From Bacillota bacterium (GTDB lineage: Bacteria; Bacillota; Clostridia; Christensenellales; UBA3700), in NCBI GenBank assembly GCA_023396095.1, contig JAEWXG010000012.1:253365-317364 (forward strand): DNA of 64,000 bases, in the 5' to 3' direction. The notes under the pieces are model-generated. The model searched no databases. It had not been told where the DNA came from and saw nothing but the letters and a program-made list of their open reading frames with translations. Shown here piece by piece: positions 50,059-59,029 of the stretch. The translations under genes were made by a program, and so were the position numbers. The stretch's first letter is position 1; the number at the start of each line of letters is the position of its first letter.

Positions 50059-50951
50059 ACATCTTTTCTCCTAGAAACTAACTCTATAAATTTGCTTGTG
50101 TATTCATCATATGAAGAATTTAAAAGCGTTACTATATTAATTGTTCTTTTCGACGTTTTTTCTTTTGTCTTTATCTCTATCATCTCGCCATTCTTAATAT
50201 ATTCCTCTGCCATAAAATATGGCAATATCCCTATTCCCAAACTTGCTTTAACGCTTTCTAAAACTAAATCATAACTTCCTAAATCTAAATAAGTTCTAAA
50301 TGATATTCCTAATTCATTAAAATCTTTTTCTATTTCTTTTCTAGAGTAAGATGCGCTATCAATAGCAATAATTTTATTAGAACAAAGTTCACTAAAAGAA
50401 AATTCTTTATCTTTATCTATGTGATAATTTTTTGAAACAACAAAAATATCGTCATATTCGCAATAAACTTTTGAATGAAAAGCAGGATCTCTTAAATCTC
50501 CTTTAATAAAAATTAAATCCACTTTTCTATTTTGCAAAAGATTAATACTTTCCTCGCTCGTCCTATTTGAAATTTTAAATACAGCATCTTTATAAATCAA
50601 AGAAAAATTCTTTATTGCCTTAATTAAATAATATTTAACTATCGTATCCGACGCACTTATTACTATCTGCCTTGATGATGTCTTTTGTAATTCTTTAAAT
50701 TTATCTTCGGCAGTATCTAATAAGATGTTTGCTTCCTTTACGTATTGATATACTATCTTCCCTTCATAAGTGAGCTGAATTCCCTTACTACTTCTTGTAA
50801 AAAGTTTCCCGCCGATCTGCCTCTCAAGTTGCTTTATAGATTGCGATACTGCAGGTTGAGAAATATACAACTCTTGAGCGGCCTTTGTTATCGAATTAGA
50901 ATTGGCCACACAATAAAACACTTTATAAAGTTCGAAATTAATATTTCCCAT
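50055..50951 (-). CDS. LysR-family transcriptional regulator
   Basis: HTH region SITKAAQELYISQPAVSQSIKQLE. 298 aa. The stop overlaps the glnN start by 4 nt. Confidence 0.9.
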   Translation of the reverse strand: MGNINFELYKVFYCVANSNSITKAAQELYISQPAVSQSIKQLERQIGGKLFTRSSKGIQLTYEGKIVYQYVKEANILLDTAEDKFKELQKTSSRQIVISASDTIVKYYLIKAIKNFSLIYKDAVFKISNRTSEESINLLQNRKVDLIFIKGDLRDPAFHSKVYCEYDDIFVVSKNYHIDKDKEFSFSELCSNKIIAIDSASYSRKEIEKDFNELGISFRTYLDLGSYDLVLESVKASLGIGILPYFMAEEYIKNGEMIEIKTKEKTSKRTINIVTLLNSSYDEYTSKFIELVSRRKDV

Positions 50952-51169
50952 TGCCTCAGCTCCTGTAATTTTTACATTTAATATTATAATACATACGCCA
51001 CTAAATTAAAATCAAAAAATTTGCTGTTCGTCTTCCTATGCAAACAAGCATAAAAAAATAAATAATTAGGACTTTTCCGGCATTTGCAATAAAAAAATTC
51101 TTATTCTATAATCACTAAAGTTTTATAAGTTTTTTTTATTCGATTATAAAATTTAACTATTACTAATTT

Positions 51170-51198
51170 TTAAAAATTTTACCTTTTCAATGTATAAT
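51170..51198 (+). promoter_or_regulatory. candidate promoter of the cofE-like gene
   Basis: TG-TATAAT at 51191-98 with TTAAAA 17 nt upstream. An AAAGGAGG RBS at 51211-18 precedes the ATG at 51227. Confidence 0.4.
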
Positions 51199-51226
51199 AT
51201 GACGTGTAGAAAGGAGGTATCTGACA

Positions 51227-52405
51227 ATGAAAACTATCGGTACTATCTCAAGAGGTATAAAGGCCCCTATTATAAGAAAAGGTGATAACTTAGTAAATAT
51301 TGTTGTAGACAGTGTCCTTGCTGCTTCAAAAGAAGGGAATTTCTCTTTCCAAGACAGAGATATCGTTGCTGTAACAGAAGCTGTTCTTGCTAAAAGTCAA
51401 GGGAATTTCGCAACAATAGAGCAAATTGCAAAAGATGTCCGCCAAAAAACGGGCGGAGAAAGTGTGGGTTTAATCTTTCCTATTCTATCAAGAAATCGTT
51501 TTTCTCTATTATTAAAAGCTATTTCTATGGGTTGTAAAAAATTGTATTTGCAACTTTCATATCCATCAGATGAAGTAGGTAACCCTCTTATCCCAATCTC
51601 TATGTTAGAGGAGAAGAAAATCAACCCTTATACAGACTCTTTTACAGAAAAAGAATACTATAAAACTTTTGGGAAAATATTGCATCCTTTTACCGGCATC
51701 GATTATATAGAGCTGTATAAAAATTATGCAGGAAATAATTGCGAGATAATTTTGGCTAACAATCCTTGCGAGATATTAAAATATACTGATGTTGTCATTA
51801 ATGCAGATATACATACAAGGGATCTAACTAAAAATAAACTTTTGCAAGCTGGCGCTAAAAAAGTTTTCTCGCTAAGTGATTTATTAACATCCAGTGTAGA
51901 TGGAAGCGGATATAATGAAACTTACGGCCTTTATGGATCAAACATCTCAACTGACACTTCTGTAAAACTTTTTCCAAGAGACGCTCAGTCTTTTGTCGAC
52001 GCTCTACAAAAATCTTTAATTGAAAAAACAGGCAAACAAATCGAGGTTATGGTGTACGGAGATGGCGCATTTAAAGACCCTGTTGGCGGTATTTGGGAGC
52101 TTGCAGATCCGGTTGTTTCCCCCGCTTATACCAGTGGATTAGAAGGCAAACCAAATGAATTAAAACTTAAATATATTGCAGATAATGATATTGCTAATTT
52201 AAATGGTGATGAAGCCGTTAATGCAATCAAAAATCTGATTTCAAATAAGAATAAGAACCTAGGATCTTCGATGAGTTCACAAGGAACAACTCCAAGAAGA
52301 TTAACAGATCTTTTAGGAAGTTTGTGTGATTTAACTAGTGGAAGCGGAGATAAAGGCACTCCTATAATATTAATACAAAATTACTTTAATACATATGCTG
52401 ATTAA
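51227..52405 (+). CDS. CofE-like (F420-0:gamma-glutamyl ligase family) protein, long form
   Basis: KAPIIRKGDNLVNIV...FQDRDIVAVTEAVLAKSQGN and the C-terminal LCDLTSGSGDKGTPIILIQ are colinear with archaeal CofE (LIKEGDDL..DGDVLVV.S.V.SKAEGR; LLMGEGGDGIPAVVVR). 392 aa. This is the only plus-strand gene. Confidence 0.65.
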   Translation: MKTIGTISRGIKAPIIRKGDNLVNIVVDSVLAASKEGNFSFQDRDIVAVTEAVLAKSQGNFATIEQIAKDVRQKTGGESVGLIFPILSRNRFSLLLKAISMGCKKLYLQLSYPSDEVGNPLIPISMLEEKKINPYTDSFTEKEYYKTFGKILHPFTGIDYIELYKNYAGNNCEIILANNPCEILKYTDVVINADIHTRDLTKNKLLQAGAKKVFSLSDLLTSSVDGSGYNETYGLYGSNISTDTSVKLFPRDAQSFVDALQKSLIEKTGKQIEVMVYGDGAFKDPVGGIWELADPVVSPAYTSGLEGKPNELKLKYIADNDIANLNGDEAVNAIKNLISNKNKNLGSSMSSQGTTPRRLTDLLGSLCDLTSGSGDKGTPIILIQNYFNTYAD

Positions 52406-52420
52406 TGAATTAAAAGTATA

Positions 52421-52455
52421 AAAAAAAAGGGTTCTCCGGAACCCCCTTTTTTTTT
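52421..52455. terminator. bidirectional rho-independent terminator
   Basis: AAAAAAAAAGGGTTC-TCCG-GAACCCCCTTTTTTTTT between the convergent genes. Confidence 0.85.
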
Positions 52456-52464
52456 ATACTTTAT

Positions 52465-53139
52465 TTATTTGTTTAATATCTTTTTTATCAATCTGACTTT
52501 CTCCCCAGTATTAACATTAACAACCGCATCATACATATTTATTTTCTCCACACCATCTAACACAATCAAATATGTCTTTACTTCTTCGTTAAAATTTATT
52601 AAATACATTTTTTCTATTTTATAGATTTTGTTTTTGTATATTAATTGAAATTTTTCTTGACTATTAAGATACTTCCAACTATTTTTTTTCACTTCTATAA
52701 GACCTATATTCTTGTCATCACTTTGTAAATTTACAGAGAGTATGTGCTCTCCTTTTTTGAATTGTGTCCCTTTTTGAATACTTCTAGGATTATATTGCAC
52801 AATTCCTTTAAATTGTTCTTGAAAATCATTTTCATAATTTACTGTAGCCTCTCCGACTGGAGGATCTCCTGCTTTAGAAAGAACATTATATTTAAAGCTA
52901 TAAAGTTCCTCTCCCACATTTACTACTTCTCCATTTGCCGCCCCAATATTTAAAATAACACCATCATTAATAGCATAATAGTTTATTGTTGCATTATTTA
53001 CATCAAAAACTACTTCGTTAGAAACTTTCCCAAAAAACAATGTTGCTATAACTATCAAAACAACAAGGGTTATTAAACTAATAGCTGTTTTTTTACACAA
53101 CCCTTTATTATCTGAAAACCACTCTTTAATGTTTTTCAT
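52465..53139 (-). CDS. membrane-anchored hypothetical protein (possible barrel-sandwich/HlyD-like fold)
   Basis: 224 aa with the N-terminal TM AISLITLVVLIVIATLFFG. The segments GVILNIGAANGEVVNVGEELYSF and KGTQFKKGEHILSV resemble lipoyl-like hybrid motifs. The fold call is weak. Confidence 0.4.
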   Translation of the reverse strand: MKNIKEWFSDNKGLCKKTAISLITLVVLIVIATLFFGKVSNEVVFDVNNATINYYAINDGVILNIGAANGEVVNVGEELYSFKYNVLSKAGDPPVGEATVNYENDFQEQFKGIVQYNPRSIQKGTQFKKGEHILSVNLQSDDKNIGLIEVKKNSWKYLNSQEKFQLIYKNKIYKIEKMYLINFNEEVKTYLIVLDGVEKINMYDAVVNVNTGEKVRLIKKILNK

Positions 53140-53148
53140 ATAATCCTC

Positions 53149-54147
53149 CTATAAATACTTATTTTGATTACAATAACCGCCCTTTAACTCCATCAATTTT
53201 ATCTGACTAATATCGAATTCCCCGTTCTTGTCAATATCAATTATTGTACCTCCTCTTTGACTTGAATATTTAAGAATATTTTTATACGCCAAAAAGTCTA
53301 TACTCATACCATATGTAAGTGTAACACCTTTATATCTAAATGCGCTAGTGTTTAAATGATCATGACCACAAAAAATCCCTTTAGTCGAACCTAATGCTAA
53401 AACTCTATCAAATATTTTACTCTTAAATTTAGGTGTTCCAAAATATTCATTAATTTCTCCTATTTCTCCAAACAAATATTCGACATTATTATCTTTATTA
53501 CTGCTTGTATACTCTCTCCAGGCTGTTTTATACTCAGTACAAGGAATATGAAAGAACATTAGAGTTGGAACATTTTCTCTCTCTTCTTTCAGTTTTAAAA
53601 TTTCTTGCTCATACCAATCTATTTGATTATCATGAATATGATCAAATCCTGAAAAAAATCCTTTTTGGCAGTACATATTTGAATCCAAAAGTACTAGCCC
53701 TAGTGCCAATGTATTTTTATGATATAATTTTATAATTTGATTGCCTTGTCCATCAATATCTTTTGGCCCTCTTCTAAAAACAGAATTCTTAAAAGTTATT
53801 AAAAAATCTGAAATCCTTGATTTGTTGTATAAAGCAAAAGGTTCTACATCGTGATTTCCATAACAAATCGTCCACGGTATATTATATGAATCGATTACTC
53901 CACCAATCTTTTTAAACTCTTTCTTGTTATTTATTGATCCTGAAAAAATAGGAATAGGATAAACTAAATCTCCAGTACATATAATAAGGTCCGGCTTTGC
54001 TTCCTCGATAATTAGCCTAACAGCTTTTTCTGCTAATTTATCTGACTTGTGCGACAAAAAACCTGCCCCATAATGTATGTCTGTTAATTGTAAAATTCTA
54101 AATTTTTTATCATCTTCAATTTGAAACTTTACTATTTCATCTTGCAT
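53149..54147 (-). CDS. calcineurin-like metallophosphoesterase
   Basis: LQLTDIHYG, CTGDLVY, YGNHD, MFFHIP and CGHDHLN. No signal peptide. Confidence 0.85.
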   Translation of the reverse strand: MQDEIVKFQIEDDKKFRILQLTDIHYGAGFLSHKSDKLAEKAVRLIIEEAKPDLIICTGDLVYPIPIFSGSINNKKEFKKIGGVIDSYNIPWTICYGNHDVEPFALYNKSRISDFLITFKNSVFRRGPKDIDGQGNQIIKLYHKNTLALGLVLLDSNMYCQKGFFSGFDHIHDNQIDWYEQEILKLKEERENVPTLMFFHIPCTEYKTAWREYTSSNKDNNVEYLFGEIGEINEYFGTPKFKSKIFDRVLALGSTKGIFCGHDHLNTSAFRYKGVTLTYGMSIDFLAYKNILKYSSQRGGTIIDIDKNGEFDISQIKLMELKGGYCNQNKYL

Positions 54148-55658
54148 TATACTAGCTCCTTTATTAACTCTTGCTTTTCTTTTATTTCTTCCTCAGTAAG
54201 AACATTCTCGTCATTACCTTCACGTGCTTTATCAAGATAATATCTTATCCTACTAAGCTTTTTACTCGTCACTTTATATCTTATAGATGCTATAAATCCT
54301 ATAGACATAAAGACTATAATTACACTTGCCATTAAAATTCGTATTGCTTTAGGTGTAACTGACGTCCAAGTCATAGCGTTATCTTTCTCTTTAAGTCCAC
54401 AAGCCTGCAATACAACTCCAACTAAAAATATGGCAATAGCTTGTGTTAATTTTCTTGAAAATGTCATCAATCCACTAAATGTTCCTGTTTGCCTCTCCCC
54501 AGTTTTTAGCTCAGCTACATCAACTGTGTCCGGAAAAACAATCCAAGGCATACTTTGTGCTCCACCTAACCCTAACCCCATAATAGCTGCAAACAATGGA
54601 ATAATCCAAGCTGGCCAAGATGGCTGATATGAACATATAATAACGCCACCTAAAATATATAGAGGCAATCCTATTCTATAGGCAAATTGTTTTGATTTCT
54701 TTCTAGATAAATATATGCTTAATGGGATAATTAAAGCTGCAGCAACCATCATTGGAGCAACTATAGTTGTAGTTCCTAATTCTAAATTCCCAAACAATTT
54801 AGTCCCTTTAGGTATAACGATTTTTGCGTAATATGTAACTAATGCGGAAATAATATCCATACATAAAAATGCACTTATATACATGATTAAATGCCATTTA
54901 TAACTCTTGATTTTGAATGGATCTATATAACTTTTAAAACTGAATTTATTTTTTATGTTTTTATCATAAGGCGCTCTCTCTTTAGAAAAAACGCCTGATG
55001 CAATCAATGGAACCGCAAATAATATTGCAAATAAAATTCCAAAGAAATAAAACATTGTCATCTGAACTTGGTTCGGATTAGTATCAAGCAAATCTCTCTG
55101 TTTATCTATTATGATTGTAGGTATTAGGAAACATATCGCCGCTCCTAGCATTGAAAAAACCAATTTTATTGTGTTTGCCTTATTTCGTTGCTCGGCCGAT
55201 GAAGAAATATCCGATGCAAGCGAGCAAAATGGCACTTGTGATATAGTATTCGCCGTACAGAAAAATATATATCCTACGGTTGCAATTGCTATTTTTAAAC
55301 CACTTCGCAAATTTCTAATTGGTGCGAACAACCACAACATGGCAAAAAAAGTTAAAATTCCTCCTGCCACCATGTATGGTTTCCTTCTTCCCCATTTTGA
55401 ACGTGTATTATCAGAAATTACACCCATTAAAGGATCGGAAATAGCATCCCACGCCTTTGATACCATTATAATGGCTCCGGCAACAGCAGGAGCTATCCCT
55501 AAAACCATATTTAAATAAAACAATAAAACTAGCGATATTAATGTTGCACTACCGCCCCCATAAATTTCCGCACTTCCATATAAGATTGCTTCTTTTAGAG
55601 GAATATAATCTTTCTTTTCTTGTTCCGTTAACTCTCTTTTTTGCTTATTTCCCTTCAT
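54147..55658 (-). CDS. MFS transporter, glycoside-pentoside-hexuronide (GPH) family
   Basis: SKAWDAISDPLMGVISDNTRSKWGRRKPYM (GPH loop 2-3 signature). 503 aa with about 12 TM segments. Confidence 0.85.
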   Translation of the reverse strand: MKGNKQKRELTEQEKKDYIPLKEAILYGSAEIYGGGSATLISLVLLFYLNMVLGIAPAVAGAIIMVSKAWDAISDPLMGVISDNTRSKWGRRKPYMVAGGILTFFAMLWLFAPIRNLRSGLKIAIATVGYIFFCTANTISQVPFCSLASDISSSAEQRNKANTIKLVFSMLGAAICFLIPTIIIDKQRDLLDTNPNQVQMTMFYFFGILFAILFAVPLIASGVFSKERAPYDKNIKNKFSFKSYIDPFKIKSYKWHLIMYISAFLCMDIISALVTYYAKIVIPKGTKLFGNLELGTTTIVAPMMVAAALIIPLSIYLSRKKSKQFAYRIGLPLYILGGVIICSYQPSWPAWIIPLFAAIMGLGLGGAQSMPWIVFPDTVDVAELKTGERQTGTFSGLMTFSRKLTQAIAIFLVGVVLQACGLKEKDNAMTWTSVTPKAIRILMASVIIVFMSIGFIASIRYKVTSKKLSRIRYYLDKAREGNDENVLTEEEIKEKQELIKELV

Positions 55659-55678
55659 TTTTTCTCCCTTTAACCTTA

Positions 55679-58255
55679 TCAGTGTATTCCTTGATTAACA
55701 TTACAAGCACCATAACTTTCATGTTCTACTTTCTTCTGAACAATGCTTATTAAATCTTGGTCCAAATATTTGTTACTTGGTAAAGAAGAATCGATTTTGC
55801 TTAGTGGATCATTCGCTTTTAATAATAATGCATCGCTTAAAGAAATAAAAACTTCTTGATCCTCTCCACCAATGTTAAATGCTAACTTAATATTTTTATC
55901 GGTATATGCCGTATTTATTTCGTCTATAAAATTATTATAGTCAAGCGTATCTGAAGTCCCAAGTTTTGCGTTTATTTTTCCAAATGCATCTTGTTCTTCT
56001 TGTGAAAAGTCATTAATTAAAATTATTTTATTATTTGGATCTCTAAAATCTGAAATAACCGTAATATATATTTTTTCCGGCACCTCTGCCGTTTTAGTAT
56101 TACTTATATACGCTGTAACTGAACTTTGAATTTTTAATACTAAAATATCCTTATTAAGAAACTTGAGCTCTAATCCTTGCGAAGGATATAAATTCTGGAG
56201 TTCAATGAATTTTGGATCATTTTTTGGAATTAATTGACTCATAACCAGTGTATTATTAGAAACAAACTCTTCATAATTATTAAGCTTATTATTAATAAGT
56301 CTCCCTAAATTATAATCTGTTATTTCATCTTGAAATAAACCTGCATCATTTTTATAATCTATAGCAGCATACTCACTTTCAAAAGAATTAGGATTATATA
56401 TTTTAACCAATGTTGTTCTCAACACTTCCTTTGTAATATCGCTTAAATTTAACACATCTAAAACCGTTGAATATATATTGGGAAAACATATCTTGCCATT
56501 TTCTAGGCTTAGCGTTGCATTATTAGATAATCCAGCGCTATTAATACCATCTTTAAAAGACGTATCTATGTATTTGCAAACATCATTATATGATAATGAA
56601 ATAGTTGCATTTTTCTTTATTTTTTTAACCAAATCAACTATTTTATCGATTCTTTCCTGAGCCAATTCATCATCTTTATTATATTTAAATGTCGTTGAAA
56701 CCTCGTACTCTCCTAGAGCATTTTTTGTTGTCTTTGATAATCCAAGACTATCAACTAAAACAACTTCTATTTTCAACATAGAATCTTCATAAAACACCCC
56801 ATTAATAAATTTCTTTAAAAATTTATTTTGTGCCGTTTCTTCAACCATATTAAGTTTATTTAAAATAATGCTACCAAAATCTATTTTACTATATAGTACA
56901 AAATATTCTTTATTCCCTTCTTTTTTGGCCTCAAGTGACTCTATATTCAATTCTATATTTTGAGCATGTTTTTTCGTATAATCGCTAATAACCTTCGCAA
57001 AAACCTTATCAGCAATTTCAAACTTATCATCAGTGTTTGGATAATTATTAAGAACCTTGTTTAAATTTATCTTACTTGTATTATCCTTGATTGAACTAAA
57101 AAGCTTATTAGAATCTATATTTTCTTTTGGAATTCCTATTTTCCCCACTAACTCATTTTGAATAAAATTGTCCAAATCTACTTGAGTATATTCGTTTGTA
57201 GGAACTAATTCATTTTTTATAGAAATACTTCTAATCGCATCTTTAAGATCGTTTTCCAAATCTTGATAAGTTTTTCCTTCTTCTAAAGGCATACCAATTG
57301 ATTTAAATAATGTTTGCACAGTATAAATATTAAATGTCAATTTATTATCATTGTCTTGAAATTGAGCAATAACATTTTTCTTCAAATGATCAAATGCCTG
57401 GTATAAAGCATCTCCTATTTGCAGTCTTATATTCGTTCCTGTTTTTTTAGCAATGGTATCTAACATTTTATTCAAATTTTCTTGTTTGGCTTTATCTCCA
57501 TATATTTTGTTAAATGATATTTCTGCCTCACTACTTTCTTCAGGCGAAAATATTAAAGAAAAATAATTATTTCTAGGAATTTTTTTCAAAGCAAAATTTT
57601 TTAGAAAATTAGGAAGATTTTTTAAATTTTCTTTTTCAAAATTTTTATTTAATACACTCCTTAAATTTAAAGAACAAGCTAACTGAATTTTCACCTTTCC
57701 ATTTTGACTAAAAATTTTTCCCTTTAAAAATTCAACATCTTCTTTAATGTCTACCCCCATTTTAGATAATTGCTCAATATTGGTATTGTTTAAAATTTTG
57801 ATAATAAGAACTGGAAGATTAATATCATCTAAAGAAAATACTATCGGCTGAACTGAATTTTTGATTTTGTCAAAATCAAAATTCATTTTTCCTATTAACT
57901 CTTCCTTTGTTAATCCTTCGTTTTCATTTGAAGAATTTATCAATAATTTTAAAATTTCATCAGAATTTGTTGTATCAGCGTTTAACATCATTGCTTCAAT
58001 AAACTTATTGTTAAACTCTTCTTCTTGTTCTTCTGTTATTTTGTTTTCAAACAGTTGAGCATCTGGTTCACTTTTTATACCTTTGTATAGTCCTAATGCT
58101 TGCGTAAAGGAAACCCCAGTATATGGCATTGCTTTTTTGTCATAAACAACTTTTAAAGAAATAAACATAATACCCACTAGTATAATTGCTATAACAAATA
58201 AAATTATTAATGCCTTTAAAAATCTACCTAATATTTTATTTTTTCCCTCTTTCAT
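55679..58255 (-). CDS. large membrane-anchored extracytoplasmic protein of unknown function
   Basis: 858 aa with one N-terminal TM (FLKALIILFVIAIILVGIMFISL). The rest is Asn/Lys/Ile/Glu-rich with no motif I recognise. Its start overlaps the SGNH gene stop (ATGA). Confidence 0.6.
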   Translation of the reverse strand: MKEGKNKILGRFLKALIILFVIAIILVGIMFISLKVVYDKKAMPYTGVSFTQALGLYKGIKSEPDAQLFENKITEEQEEEFNNKFIEAMMLNADTTNSDEILKLLINSSNENEGLTKEELIGKMNFDFDKIKNSVQPIVFSLDDINLPVLIIKILNNTNIEQLSKMGVDIKEDVEFLKGKIFSQNGKVKIQLACSLNLRSVLNKNFEKENLKNLPNFLKNFALKKIPRNNYFSLIFSPEESSEAEISFNKIYGDKAKQENLNKMLDTIAKKTGTNIRLQIGDALYQAFDHLKKNVIAQFQDNDNKLTFNIYTVQTLFKSIGMPLEEGKTYQDLENDLKDAIRSISIKNELVPTNEYTQVDLDNFIQNELVGKIGIPKENIDSNKLFSSIKDNTSKINLNKVLNNYPNTDDKFEIADKVFAKVISDYTKKHAQNIELNIESLEAKKEGNKEYFVLYSKIDFGSIILNKLNMVEETAQNKFLKKFINGVFYEDSMLKIEVVLVDSLGLSKTTKNALGEYEVSTTFKYNKDDELAQERIDKIVDLVKKIKKNATISLSYNDVCKYIDTSFKDGINSAGLSNNATLSLENGKICFPNIYSTVLDVLNLSDITKEVLRTTLVKIYNPNSFESEYAAIDYKNDAGLFQDEITDYNLGRLINNKLNNYEEFVSNNTLVMSQLIPKNDPKFIELQNLYPSQGLELKFLNKDILVLKIQSSVTAYISNTKTAEVPEKIYITVISDFRDPNNKIILINDFSQEEQDAFGKINAKLGTSDTLDYNNFIDEINTAYTDKNIKLAFNIGGEDQEVFISLSDALLLKANDPLSKIDSSLPSNKYLDQDLISIVQKKVEHESYGACNVNQGIH

Positions 58256-58962
58256 TTCGTCTTCCTCTTATTCAATCTAACTATCAACTTTTCTAGTATC
58301 ATTTTATATGCCTTAACATTAACATGTAATCCGTCTACTGATAATTCTTCTCGAAGATTACCTTTTGAATCAACAATTAGACTATTAATATCTATATATT
58401 CTATTCCTGTCCCTTCTAATTTTTGTCTTACTGATTCATTTATTTCGTTAATTCTCTCATTTGTTCTATTTTTTACAAAAAATTTGCTTACTTTTTTAGC
58501 TTCCTTATTTATCGGATATAATGATTCCACATAAACTTTAGCTTTTGTTTTGTTTTGTGCTTCTTTTGCAATTTTTACAATTCGCCCAGCAATTACTTCA
58601 TTATCTTTTTCTACAGGAATGTCATTTGTCCCCACTAAAATGACTATACTATCAACTTGCTTATTAGTTAACAACGAATCAATGTTATTAAGTAATTCAT
58701 CACTTCTCAACCCCGCAATACCTCTATTGATAAAATTGTCAGTTCCATCATATCGGCTAAAGTTGCAATATTCTACTAATGAATCACCTATAAATAAAAC
58801 ACCATTCTTATCGCTCATTGCCTTCCCGTAATATTGCGCTTTTAAATTTCTTCCACCTGTCGATAGGTAAAAAAATAAACCTACAAAGAATGGGATAAAT
58901 ATAAGCACGATTGTTGTTATTAATATCTTTTCACCTTTTGTTAAAACTGTTTTATTATTCAT
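58252..58962 (-). CDS. membrane-anchored SGNH/GDSL hydrolase
   Basis: Block I VLFIGDSLVEY, block II GIAGLRS, block III LVGTNDI, block V SVDGLHVN. An N-terminal TM is present. Confidence 0.85.
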   Translation of the reverse strand: MNNKTVLTKGEKILITTIVLIFIPFFVGLFFYLSTGGRNLKAQYYGKAMSDKNGVLFIGDSLVEYCNFSRYDGTDNFINRGIAGLRSDELLNNIDSLLTNKQVDSIVILVGTNDIPVEKDNEVIAGRIVKIAKEAQNKTKAKVYVESLYPINKEAKKVSKFFVKNRTNERINEINESVRQKLEGTGIEYIDINSLIVDSKGNLREELSVDGLHVNVKAYKMILEKLIVRLNKRKTK

Positions 58963-58995
58963 TTACCTATTTTATATTTCTTCTACTCATAAACA

Positions 58996-59022
58996 ACAAA
59001 AACGAGTAACCACTCGTTTTTG
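58996..59022 (-). terminator. rho-independent terminator after gpmI
   Basis: The minus strand reads AAAAACGAGT-GGTT-ACTCGTTTTTGTTGTT. Confidence 0.75.
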
Positions 59023-59029
59023 AAAATCA

